From the NCBI GenBank assembly GCA_051294905.1, contig CM119378.1, forward strand, positions 3,784,001-3,848,000: DNA of 64,000 nucleotides, read 5' to 3'. The DNA is from Botryllus schlosseri. Lineage: Eukaryota. The stretch's first letter is position 1. Every line of letters starts with the position of its first letter. Of this stretch, positions 35,001-46,790 are shown in pieces. The position numbers and the translations under genes were made by a program. The notes under the pieces were generated by a model. That model saw nothing but the letters and a program-made list of their open reading frames with translations. It did not search any database and had not been told where the DNA came from.

Positions 35001-38000
35001 TGAAATCACACACGGCAGACGACGTCTTAGCGGACACTAGCGTTTTAGTCATCTCATTCAACAAGCAACTGTCGCCGTTGATCTTATTTCCAAGAAGCGG
35101 AACAAAGCGTGGACTTCTCGATAGTATGTCGCACAATTTGAGCAGCGCCGTAGGGTGAGAAATGCACTCGTTTTGCATCTTTCGAGCGTGAGGCTCGACT
35201 AACACATAGAACAAGCTCCTAATCTGGGCCGGAGATAGCGTGGAGTCCCGTCGCCATACCGTAATCAACGAGTTGAATGCGTTGTGCGCCAGCTTAGCAA
35301 GAGCACGCAGAAAACTAACTGTACTGTCCGACAAAATTTCCTGTTCCGTCGAAGCCATCATATCAATCATCCTATGAAACGACAGGTGCATGGTCAGCAA
35401 TAATTTGTACAGGTAGCGCACAATTTTGTCCGACAACATGTTGGGATGTTTCTCGATCAAAGCCGTCAACGTATTCAACACACCGTTTTGCTTCGATAAA
35501 GGTACCACCCTCTGTAAATCTAAATTCAAGTCAACCTTTGAATCTAATGGAGACGAGATCGCGTTTTCATCCACGAGACGCATCACAGGTTCAATTACAA
35601 GATACACAAAGCCGTCCATCGTTTCACTTTCGAGAGTTGACAGAAATCTTAGTATTTGAGAACTGTGCTTCGAATGTGCTATGATCTTACCGTACATGAG
35701 TCGAAACAGTACCGGGACAAGTGACTCCTTCTTATCACGTTCGATTTCATCCAGATTGAACCTGATGACGGTATCTCGGATTCTATCATCATCCAACAAG
35801 GACTGTAGCTGCTCGGCAAATTCCAGCAAATGCTTGTCTCTGAATTTCAGCAAGCACTTCAATGCCAGCGTCTGAACGGCCGTGTCGCCGTACGTCAGCA
35901 TGTCGTGATACATTTTCTTCAACTTTTCAGCCATGAAGCATCCTTTCGGGTTGTTAAACTTTGCAAACACTTTCAAGATGGCGATCAGCATTTTGGCGCA
36001 GAGTCTTTTGGAGAAACGTTTCTTGCTGAAACTGCGTTCCGGATTTCGCACCAGACTTTGCGTGTTCGAATTCGCTTTGTCTACTTCGCAATACTCGTTG
36101 TCCATGAATTCCAGAAAGAGAGACACCAGAAAACGGTTATTTTTTTCAAGTATATCGAGATGTGGCGAGTTTTGCATCATAGCCCATAGCAAGCAGCGGT
36201 AGTTCACTAAGTCCGGCTTTGCATTCGTTTCAGTTGCTACAGTGAAGTCTACGCCATGCTTAAAAAATAATCCATCCATATCACAATCTACCTCGCAGTC
36301 TTCCGTATCAGAGGATTTTATAGTCATGTTAACAACATTGCTTGAAGAGGTATTCAACAGGTCAAAAAAGAGAGCCCACAGCGGACTTTTGCTATCATCC
36401 GGCAAAAACGCAGAGACCCTTTGGTGGACACAGCTCCAATACGACGAAAAGTTGACATAGTAGTTTGACAGGAGATATCTCAAGGCAGCCTCCTGCGTCG
36501 TCGCGCTCATGTCTGTTGAATAGGTTATTTTGCTCAGATGCATGGCTTTGTCTCGAAATGTCTGTACTGTGGCCGGCGTTCCTTCAACCAACAAACAAGA
36601 CACGAATAGATCTTCGTCCGGATACAGAGAAGCAAGAATCCTCAACGAGAATTTACGAATAGTGGCATCCGACGACGATAAACTCCTTATCATCTTTTGG
36701 CTGAGCTTTTCAGCAGCCAGAAATTTTCCAACCGCATTCTTGTCCATCACACAAAGCATATCAGTGATAAACAGAAGATTCGTGTCAAGGTACAGTTCAT
36801 CTGCGCTCTTATCCAAAATGTAAGCGGTAATGTCTTGACAAAGTTTCGTGAAAGAAGCTTTAGTTTTAGCGGCAGTTTGCTTATGAATGAAGTAAGCTGA
36901 TTGCAGGATCATTCTCACAACAGCGTAGACATTTTTCGTGCTCCAATCTGCATTTGATACGCGATCATCGATGCACTCAAAAGCATTTTGAAGTATTTCA
37001 AAAGTCTTGAGGGCAACGGGAGTAATATGGCTCACGAGTAGAAGCGCTCCCCATACAATGCTCGGACTCGCATTAGTGCCGACAATAATACCGTTCAAAG
37101 ACTCTTGGATTTTTTTTGTCGCCATCTCCCTGCTGATCAACGCATAGTCGATATTGAAAGGACGATGAGATATAATATTTTTGGCATCGCCGGGCTGAGA
37201 CGAATTTTGTAGAACAAAATCAACCAGTAATTCCAATATAATTTGAGGGTAATCGTTAATTTGAACTTGACAATAGTTCAACATTGATCGCCTTATCGTG
37301 TTATAACCGTCAACGTACTTCAGTATCTGCCGCCAAAACTTCACTACGAACTCCACGGGATGGCTTTTATTCCGTATCAAAGAAACCACAATTTTCTCCT
37401 TAGACGTCTGAGAAAAGTAGTCGATTTTAGCAGCAACCAAAATCGCACATAGATCCAAAATAGTCTCACTATGCAGACCAGCATATTTAGAGGACATCGT
37501 CTCGACGCAGTTCAAAAGCCTCGCTTCTTCTAGAATAAGCAGTCCGGAGAATTCACAACACCATCTTGACGCCAGCTTCGCAGCGTGTTCCAAATTATTC
37601 CCAGTTTTGATAGCGTCTTGCAAAAAAGACATTAAAGAGTCCCAAATTCGGGATGAATGTGTTTTCTGCACATGCTTCGCCAGTAGACCAAACATAGAGT
37701 CCAAACTAGTGTACACATTGCACTGATTAAGGTCAGGATTGCTAAGACAATGCAATAATTTTGGCAGTATCGCATCAGCGTGTGAGTATAAAGTTCCATT
37801 CATTCCCCTCAGAAGATGGTATAATATCTCTCCAACATTTCTCTCCGTTGAGCCATTTTGATAAATGCGGAAAAATAGGCCAAAAAAATTTTCTCGTCCG
37901 CATGCTTTTCGCATTAGAAATGTGATACTTTCCGCGGCGAATGATTTGATATGGTCGGGATGCTTACCATAAATTAGATCTTGATACATTTCAAGAATAC

Positions 38001-38508
38001 TTTCCATGTCAGACACCATGTACCGCCACAAATGCTTAAACATGAGTGACATCGTGTTGAACACCCATTCCAGTCTGTCGGTATCTTTCGAGTTGAGTAA
38101 TTTCGCCAATATTCCAAAAAAATCCTTGAAATGCGAGTAGAAGTCTGACCGCAGGTCAACGCAAAGAGCTACTATCAATTCGCAAAGGGATTGTAGAGCT
38201 AACGAATCAACTTTGTCGAGGTATTTCAATAATGATGCCAGGATGTGATCCTTGTAGTGGACGACCATTTTGAAATTTCGACTTTGCTCCAAGATCTCTG
38301 CATAAAATTCTCGAAAATCAACGCTTCGGTCTTGATCGCGCCATTTCAGAAGACAAGCGTTAAATTGCGAATCATTCTCTTCATCCGTGTGTTCGACATG
38401 CTTGATTCTGTGAACGGCGTTAACAGAAACACGAGCTAGTCGCTCGGAGAACGTCAAAAATCGATGAGTATTGCTTTCTTTGTGTTTGGCCGCTTTTGAT
38501 GCAGGCAT
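26099..38508 (-). CDS. UTP20: Small-subunit processome component UTP20 (DRIM, HEAT-repeat), ~2646 aa. Exons 38508-31691, 30325-30162, 28796-28149, 26409-26099
   Basis: 2273-aa ORF with UTP20-type N-terminus (KHKESNTHRFLTFSERLARV), internal motifs (FFTNVQHIQLHRRTRA, LMRGYQKHVMVNTV, FEFESGRLSALEML) and a basic C-terminal tail (KVLAGRRERKR...KQQVKKERRKRK). The three introns are GT-AG and phases match (2,1,1). Confidence 0.95.
26631..26942. mobile_element. hAT-like MITE (TAGGGTTACC TIR) in UTP20 intron 3
   Basis: TAGGGTTACC / GGTAACCCTA with GTCCTC repeats. Related ends at ~23045 and ~46822. Confidence 0.6.
28915..29578. mobile_element. Charlie-like hAT MITE with a nested, deleted Tip100-like copy, UTP20 intron 2
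   Basis: TIR CAGTGGTTCCCAAC / GTTGGGAACCACTG, exact TSD GTTTACAA, ATCGCCCC repeats. Confidence 0.9.
30372..31234. mobile_element. Charlie-like hAT element in UTP20 intron 1
   Basis: TIR CAGGGGTGTCAAAC / GTTTGTCACCCCTG, TSD GTGTGGAA/GTGTAGAA (7/8). Confidence 0.8.
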
Positions 38509-39132
38509 TGCATTGGCAGTATCTTACGGTCTAATTAATCGTCTGCCGGAAATCATGAAATGATGCACAAATGTGAATGAACTCAACGACTAGATTCCAC
38601 ACGATAGAAATATCCAAAGTAAGATGTCACACAAAATGAAAATGGGTGGTACAGTACAATACACTGATGCTGATCTAAGTGACACATGGGTAATATCTTT
38701 GACGTGATTTCATAGGTGTCACCGAAATTCCGAATTCAACATGCCTCTGCATGCAAATGAGGCGAAAATGACCCAAGGTCAACAAGGTCAACAAATTGAC
38801 GATCCACTGTCCGAGAAAAAGAAGCGTTGCAAAGAACCAAAATTGGTTGATACAATTGAAATCCATATTTGAATAAACCCGGATATTTTCGGCTGACATT
38901 GATCAGGGCCAATCGTCAGCAATTAGTAGAGAATTGGACAGAACATAGTATATCAATATTAAGTCTCTGCTAGGTGCTTACGTTTACCCCTGAAGAGTGT
39001 CAGCCAAAATATTTTAGGTTATCTCAATATGAATATACTATTTAGTTGTATATTAAAGTTCTGTACATGCAAAAAGCTCTACAATCGAAACCACTCAATA
39101 ACGAAGTGCTGAAGATTTTTGATGAAAATGTA

Positions 39133-39220
39133 CAACCATGTGACTGGCTGAAAGAAGTCCCGTACAACCATGTGACTGGCTGAAAGAAGTCCCGTGCAAG
39201 CATGTGACTGGCTGAAAGAA
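39133..39220. repeat. 30-bp tandem repeat, ~3 copies
   Basis: CAACCATGTGACTGGCTGAAAGAAGTCCCG unit repeated downstream of NDUFAF4. Confidence 0.85.
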
Positions 39221-39440
39221 GCCAATTATACAATACAAACTATTCAGCTACCCGGTATTTTTAAAATTACTCTGAATTCCTTTATACTGTGTGAGTAGCG
39301 AGTAGGCTTTCTGTCGTAAACATGACCATATGCGAGCTCAATGTATTTCTGCCAGCAAAATCAGTAATTCCAACAGAAATATTATAAACTACAATATTTA
39401 ACCTAAAATATTTTTTCAAGTAGAACACGAACATGTATAG

Positions 39441-40100
39441 TTAAGATAATTTTTTCTGAGAATCGTATGGTAACTCGGAGCGGAATATATTCGTTCCATC
39501 CAACAATTCAAAATATTTCAAAACGTCGTTCGCTTCGGATTCTCTTAATCGAAGTCTCTCCGCAATCGCCCCTACCCCCCAATCGGCAGGATTCATTTTG
39601 TGGTTATAAAGCGCTTCTATCACAGATTTCAAGTCAGCTCTACCTCTGGGGATATCCCTGTTGGTTATATCGGTTTCTTGATGACTTCTAGATTTCGGGA
39701 GTTTACTTTCCAACTCTGTATTTCTTCTCCCAGGATGAGCATCAGAAGGGGAGTTACTTTGAGTTTGAGCCGCTGGGTCCTCAGACGTTACATATACGTC
39801 TTTCATCAAAGTTAAATAATCCAAATCTTGTTCTTGAGATTTTTCAACCTCCTCAATCTTAACCGTTTTAGAATCCTCCGACAATTTTGCACTTCCAATG
39901 TTCATCGGAGCACGCTTGGGTACAAGTCTCTGCCTTTCCAGCTCTTTCTGGGCCCTTTCGGGAGCCATGTACTGGCGACCTTCTTTCTGTACCTTTCGTT
40001 TTGCTGAAGTAGCTGTGGCGGAGAGCACATTTTTCACGGTTTCTCCCGTTCCTCTCACTCGGGGGCTCAAAGAAGCCAATTTACCACTGGAACTGCCCAT
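39441..40100 (-). CDS. NDUFAF4: NADH dehydrogenase complex I assembly factor 4-like, single coding exon, 219 aa
   Basis: MG start (possible myristoylation) plus motifs ERAQKEL, LMKDVYVTSEDP, IPRGR, LYNHKMNPADW and VLKYF, matching the NDUFAF4 family as I recall it (LKDVYVDSKDP, IPKGK, NNHKLFPETW, LLKYF). Confidence 0.88.
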   Translation of the reverse strand: MGSSSGKLASLSPRVRGTGETVKNVLSATATSAKRKVQKEGRQYMAPERAQKELERQRLVPKRAPMNIGSAKLSEDSKTVKIEEVEKSQEQDLDYLTLMKDVYVTSEDPAAQTQSNSPSDAHPGRRNTELESKLPKSRSHQETDITNRDIPRGRADLKSVIEALYNHKMNPADWGVGAIAERLRLRESEANDVLKYFELLDGTNIFRSELPYDSQKKLS

Positions 40101-41240
40101 AGTCAGTTTATATCATTATCAACATTGTGGTATATCTAAGCATGGCCAGATAGATATTAATACAGCTACAGGCCTACAGCTAGCTAACTATGGTCATTCA
40201 ACACAACAGATTTTGTGAATCAGGTCAACAACACGGTAATCTGATGGTACAGTAATCAATATGCCTCATTTATCACATTCTATCCTCAAATAAGACCCGT
40301 TTGATCTAATTGATTGGTAACTTCAGTATATAGGGCCATTCTGATAGACTGATAACAGCCAAATACTAATGAGCACTACTTGAAATAATAGGTAACATCC
40401 ATCAACATATGATTTCTAATAGCATGTAGTCTATAGTCTATCAAACGTTCTCCTTCACGACTAATCAATTCGTTGATTAATTCCAGTCCAGGTTAAAATC
40501 GATCAAATTGGTAAAACCTTATTGATGCTGATCTATACATCGGGTTACTTTTTGAACCAGCCGTATATAAATAACCACGGGTCATTTTGTCATTTCAAAA
40601 CACCACAAGATTGCGACAAAATACAAAGATAAAGAACATAGGATACCGGTTGCGGCGGTTGGTTATGGTATCGCATGTTCGCATCCTATATCCTGCTCCC
40701 GCCGTATGCCCGTATATAGCCAAAGCGTATACCTATATCGCATTCCATTCCCGTGAAGCTGAATTTGTTACGCATAAAACACATGCTTATTATTAAAAAT
40801 ACCTTCATACTAATTTATTCCATTGTAAAGGAACATTCTGACTTCTGAGGAATTCACTGACACCGAGACCTTGTAACTATTTCGTATGTTTCAAGGATAA
40901 ACAATAAACATGTTGGCAACATGCGCTTTCCATACAGCAGTTATTGTGACACGAATTACGTATAAACGGAAATAAATAATTATATGATTTTGATCAGCTC
41001 AATCGTAAGTTATGATTGGTTGGCAGTATTGTTCCTCCTCCTTTATCTTTCGACATCTTCAGATAAGTTGTCACGCCGGATAAAACTCCTCCACAAACTA
41101 TTTTCATAATCTGCAATCTACTTGTACTTTGTACACATTGATTGTGTACGTCTGTAACTGTTATGTAGGCTATTTCATATCTTCTACTATTACATTTTGT
41201 ACGATGCATTCTGTACTAGTTTACCCTGGTTCGTTGCTAA

Positions 41241-41316
41241 TCTCTCTCTCTCTCTCTCTCTCTCCCTCTCTCTCTCTCTCCCTCCCTCTCTCTCTCCCTC
41301 TCTCTCTCTCCCTCTC

Positions 41317-41375
<59 letters not shown>

Positions 41376-41381
41376 CTCTCT
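41241..41381. repeat. (CT)n microsatellite
   Basis: Read directly from the sequence; ~140 bp, imperfect. Confidence 0.98.
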
Positions 41382-41953
41382 AGTTAGCCCCATGTATTCC
41401 CACATATGCTGAGAAGGTCAGAAACGACCTACTTAGTACTCAAGTATTTTTACACTACTTGTGGTACTTCTACTTACTCAAGTAAATATTTTCGCTACTT
41501 CTACTTCGTAACAATTGAAAGGGAAACAATATCAAGATATGAAGAACGGTTACCTCGAAAACCGACGAAATTGGAGAAGAACGACGGCTTTGAAAATAAT
41601 AAATAAAACAAAAACAAAAAAGAATTGAAATATTTACATCCGAGCAATGGCGCGACGGAGGAATGACGATGACGAGAGCGGGTAACTACGGTGATGAAAA
41701 TGAACGATGCTGGTTGATGACGCTGGTCGATGACGAAGGATATGTAAAGGAAAGAAGAAATCGAACCCTATAGCCTACCCAATAGGCATATCCAGAAAGG
41801 GGCCAAAGGGGCCATGACCTCCCAATTGTTCGAAAATTTTCGTAAATTAACATAAGCTGGAATATTTAGGGCGATATATAGTGTCGGTAGATTATATATA
41901 ATTGTTGAGTACGCGTCTTCCGATAAATAAACATCAAAGACAGACCTAAATAA

Positions 41954-44019
41954 CAGGGTTGTAACCAAGTCACATGGTTCCGAGTCACGAGTCAATCATA
42001 CTTTTGTGGTTTTGACTCGAGTCGAGTCGAGTCATTTTCAATTCATCACAGACTCGAGTCCGAGTCCAAGTCACCGTTTAAAGGGTCAAGTCCGAGTCAT
42101 GGTGTTATGACTCGAGTCGAGTCCAAGTCACAGTATTGAAGACATGTTCAACTCATGTTTTCAATCCTGCTTGGGTGATATCGAATTCCCTGTTTGCGAA
42201 ACATGCTCATTTTGTCCCTATCAGAGTCTTGGCACATGTTTATTTAGACAGATAACGGACAGGTCCTGGCCTCATTTACCGATGCTAAAGATAACTTCAC
42301 TAATCTTAGAACTTAAAATCAAATATCTCTCTTGTCAGTCTGATACATCACCAATACAAGCATTCAGTTTTTATTATGAACACATCGACAATAGCTCACG
42401 AATAGCTGATAGAGAACCAACGAATTCACGTCTACATACTATCTGATAGAGAACCAACAAATTCACGTCAAGATACTAGTTGATAGAGAATCAATAGATG
42501 CATGTTTATTGTTTATGTAGAGGTATTTACAACAGGCCAGCATGCTGTAAAAGCGTGCATACAACTATGTGCATTGTGCAGTGACAACAGAACAGATACC
42601 TTTTGATTATACTAAAGGTTTTCCCAATTGCATTACCGACTACATCGTAGTTACAGCATTGGAGAAATAATTGTACAATGGGGCTGTTCAAAAACATTTT
42701 TTCAAATTTTCTGGCTACTTCTTAAAATTGCTAGATTGCCTAAAAATCAAATTTAGCTCAATTCCAACCAGTAGAAAGCAATATTATGAAAGAAAATTTT
42801 AGACTAATTACAAATAGAGATTTTCGAATTTTACCGGCTATCTCATAACATTGTTACATTGTGTAAAAATATGATTCGTAGCAAATTTGACTCAATTCCA
42901 ACTAGAAAAAGTGAAGTTATTAGAGTAGAATGTTTTGGATATGAAAAAATAGTCGGCTTACTACTATGTAATTATATTATATGAAAGAATTTCTCACTAA
43001 AATACTCCATTTATTTTCAAATCCAGAATATTCTCCTCTCAGATCATTGATTCCACTTTTTTCAAATTAAGCCAGATTCAGTGTTCCTTTTATGCAACAT
43101 AACAATTTTATCATGTAACCACCCAGTAAAATAAAAAAGAAGTTATTTTAGAACAGCCATATTGTACAAACATCACACAACATTAGCCATTCATTATTAC
43201 TCACGTGCACAATGCACATACCTAACAAAACGTCAAATGGACGAAGGGCATTGTGTGTTTTCACAGACAGCAGATCAAATCAATGAGTTACACCTCAAAA
43301 ATACTAATGTGGAAAGGAGATCCTCAAATATGTTAAAGCGGCATGGCCGTAGAATGAATCCACATCTACTGAATACACGTTCCACTAGTGCACTAGATGC
43401 AGGAATTGACAAGCATTTTTGAACCACACTGAAGAGCATTGAATACTCATTCTTTCTAGTCGCCCAAAAATGCAAAGAATCATCGCCTTCAAATCTACAC
43501 ATGAGCTTATCAGTCTCTTCACCATCTGAGTCATTTCATTGGCTCTAATTGAACTTTGATTCAATTGTTTGCTTGTATAGGCTAATTGAAAAGTCTTGAG
43601 TACTTTAATTGCGGAGGATCTATTACCTCTTCATCACTGGACGATTTTGTACAATGCATTGCTACTATGTATCATTTTCTGTTGTTTTTACGGCGGCATA
43701 TCTGATATATCAGACAAGTGCAACGAAAGCAGTGGTGACAAATAGCGATGTCGGCAGAATTCGTCGGATGCGTAGATCTAGCCATTATGATTCGCAAATT
43801 TCTTCATCTTCAAGTCATATAAAATAAGCCGAGTCAATGACTTGGGTCGAGTCATGCGTAATGACTCGAGTACAAGTCGAGTCAATCCAAATATTGACTC
43901 GAGTCGAGTCGAGTCATTTTCCCATTTCAAGAAAATGACTCGAGTCAAGTCGAGTCATAAAAAAATCGTGACTCGAGTCTGACTCGAGTCGAGTCATGAC
44001 TCGAGTCATTACAACCCTG
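41954..44019 (-). mobile_element. Internally deleted hAT transposon retaining the transposase C-terminal dimerisation domain (43275-43502)
   Basis: TIR CAGGGTTGTAA / TTACAACCCTG, exact TSD CTAAATAA, GACTCGAGTC arrays. Peptide LHFW...LSIPASSALVERVFSRCGFILRPCR...LLSTLVFLRCN is a hATC motif. Confidence 0.93.
42676..43164. mobile_element. TA-flanked (Tc1/mariner-like) MITE nested in the hAT element
   Basis: TA|CAATGGGGCTGTTCAAAA ... TTTTAGAACAGCCATATTG|TA. Relatives at ~24652 and ~27665. Confidence 0.7.
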
Positions 44020-44170
44020 CTAAATAATAATACGCATGACAGGCCTACAATGAATCTAACTGTATTTTTGTGTTCAAGGCACCAGCTGTTCAGAGCCAAA
44101 AAGACACACCATGACGGATAAAGTTTCAGCCATCACGGAGTGCGATCCTAGAAAACGATCGCCGGCGATA

Positions 44171-44450
44171 TCATCATCATCATCATTGGTTTATTAGCAA
44201 TTTTATCAGTTCAATGCACCACAAAAAATGCGATACAATGAAAAGAAAGGAAGATGTCGAAGCGACTAGGAGTTGTCTATGGAATCGGACACCCACCTTG
44301 GCCTGGGCGATGTAAAGAGGAGGCATGCACACTGAATGAAAGTAAAGAAGATAGTATAGAAAAAGGAAGCGACAAGAAATAGGGCGGCATGTCTTGGGAA
44401 GCGAGATCGATAGGTCAGTCGTGGTCCGGTAATCTTGAGGATGGACTGTA
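44171..44450 (-). mobile_element. 5'-truncated LINE tail, family with (ATG)n end
   Basis: Nearly identical to 50455-50740; minus strand ends AATAAACCAATGATGATG. Confidence 0.85.
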
Positions 44451-44623
44451 TATAGCCTTCGCCAAAGATCACGCCGGACATCCCCATGTCCTTGCAAGTT
44501 GCAATCCGAGTCCGCGGTACAAATGCGACCAGCTGATGGAAATATTAATCCCCGTGAATAAATGCAATTCGGAATCGAAGTTATTTTATAACCACTTTCC
44601 ACAACATTTGCATTGTAACACAG

Positions 44624-45003
44624 GAGAGAGAGAGAGAGAGAGAGAGAGAGTCTTTATTTTCATCCAACCAAAATATACATAACAGACGGCAGTGGTGGTG
44701 GTACAGAAAATATGCATGCACAGTATTCGGTATTAGATAGGAATGATCGATAAGACCGTGAAGGTCATCTATAGTCTGATCACACCAGCATCAAACAGGT
44801 ACACTTGACTCGAAACAGTCAGGCTGTAAAAAATGTTACGGCGTAGTTAAAAAAATAAAATAGAAGAAAAATTAAACGATGGTAGCAAATGATCAATGAA
44901 GCAATGTCTGGGTGAGGTAGGGCAACAGTGTTAGTGTAACGACAAGAGGTGATCGAGTAGCGCTTTTTTGAATCTATTATAAGGCAATTCACGGATATGT
45001 GGT
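44624..45003 (-). mobile_element. 5'-truncated CR1-like LINE tail with (CT)n end
   Basis: 44845-45003 matches 7545-7703; minus strand ends AATAAAGAC(TC)n. Confidence 0.85.
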
Positions 45004-46589
45004 GGTGACATTATGTGTGTGGTGAATTACATATTGTATTGTTTTGATAAGGCAAAACAGTGGTGCTTAGCCTTATGAGGCTTTGTGCTCCATGAGAATG
45101 GCACAATCGCAATTTCAAAAGTTCAATACATATTTTTTCATGGCGACTTTCATGCCCAGATAAACTTCCGACACATAGAAGTTGGTAGAGCCGAGACTCG
45201 AACCAACAACCATTGGTGTCGTGACGGTGTCGTTTATTTTAGCACGTACACTGCACCACTCGCTTCTCCGCGAATTAAATAGGCCTATATATATAGGCTA
45301 GGCAAGGGGCGGGCAACTTCTCGGGGCGGCGGGCCGGATATGGGTAAATGAAGTAGACTACTTGAAGGGGCCGAGCACCATCAGTTCTGAGCATTTTGTC
45401 GGTTGTAGGCTACACCATTTCAATGATATTTCGTGTAAACAATTTCACTAATCAGAATGATCATTCCTCATTGGCAAAAGTTAAAGGAACCGAAACATAT
45501 TCATGGGCTTAATCTGAAAAAATATATTTGATTTTACTGTTTTTATAACTTTTGCTTTTGCAAATAATGTCCCGCGGGAGCTGAAAATATGTTAGGAATG
45601 CATGCTATCCTATTTTCACAGAGCATTGCATAATTTTTCAAAAATCCAGATATGCATACTTTACCGATTTGAGTCTGTTATTTCTTCGATTGGACCAGTT
45701 GAGCCTCGGGTTGCAGGTTTCATGTCTCTGATGCTCTCACGCTCTCCTCAGTGCTGCCACATATCCCCTAGTGCAATAATCCCAGCAGGCTGCAATTAAA
45801 TTTATGCTATCGTCTTATAACCATGTTAGTGTGCAAGAGCATGTGCCGTGCTTGTGCTCTTATCTTCATTATAACAATCGTGTTTGTTTGTATGTAAGAA
45901 ATTATTTCTGGTCCCTTACACCGCAAACTATTTGCGTTTTGAAGTGATAAAGTATATTATCAAACCTATAACGACGCAAAGAGAACAGTACATTTTGTGT
46001 TATTCTGCGAGTCTTTTGGGGATTTTAGAAAATACTATTTTATATATTTAAAAAAATAAGGCATGGTCAATATAATATTCAAATCGACAGAGCAAGCACA
46101 TGCAAATTACAAGCGCTTTTACTATCGCCTCAGTAGGTGATAAATAAAATATAGGCCTACCACGTGCTGTGGCGTTGAAAACAGTTTTGGTATCGCCGAT
46201 GGATAGCAACCATATTCATAATTCAGCTGCTATTTGGTAATCAACTTTGCAACATCAATTCCCGGAATTTGCTGAATTCTAGATTGATAGAATGATAGTC
46301 AAGCAATTCAGCAATCTTATTTCTTCAGAAGATGAAAAAGAGCTCATTGATTTACGTAAATGCACATTAAAAAAATCTGTTTCCTTAAAGAATAGGATGA
46401 GTTTATATCTGCTTCAAAATCCTCTTCCATTATGGTGCGAAAGCAATCAAAATTATATATCTATTGAAATGCCACATCTTGGTAGCTATATGCACAATTC
46501 ACATGGCTTACTCTTTGACTGCAAGAACGAAAGCTGTAACGAGAGAAACCGCTTGACTCCGAAATGCCGATATATGTTTGCCACCTCAA

Positions 46590-46790
46590 TTTCTGTCGTA
46601 TGTGGCAAATCTATACTTCCTCGTCGTCCAACTATCATATGGTCGACCAAAAAGATCATCGCTCTGTCAAAACATGCTGGGACCTGCAGTGTGGAACAGA
46701 ATCGCCGGCTATGACACTCGACGAGCATGTCAACATTAAAATCGAAATACAGCAATCTCTATTGAATAAATACTGGTCCGAGTTGTGAGA
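46590..46790 (+). mobile_element. Decayed fragment of the (ATG)n LINE family
   Basis: YHMVDQKDHRSVK...LLNKY matches the ORF at 50703-51010 (YHMIDRKDHRSIK...LLNKY). Confidence 0.65.

Noticed and set aside
31693..38439. Many plus-strand ORFs overlapping UTP20
   Set aside because: Antisense shadows of a long coding exon, with no recognisable domains.
41129..41412. SL/ER-repeat ORFs
   Set aside because: Translations of the (CT)n microsatellite.
44183..44682. 139-aa and 97-aa ORFs
   Set aside because: They lie across LINE 3' UTR and microsatellite sequence and show no protein features.
46292..46755. 140-aa ORF and overlapping ORFs
   Set aside because: Partly a decayed LINE fragment in a shifted frame; no splice or domain support.
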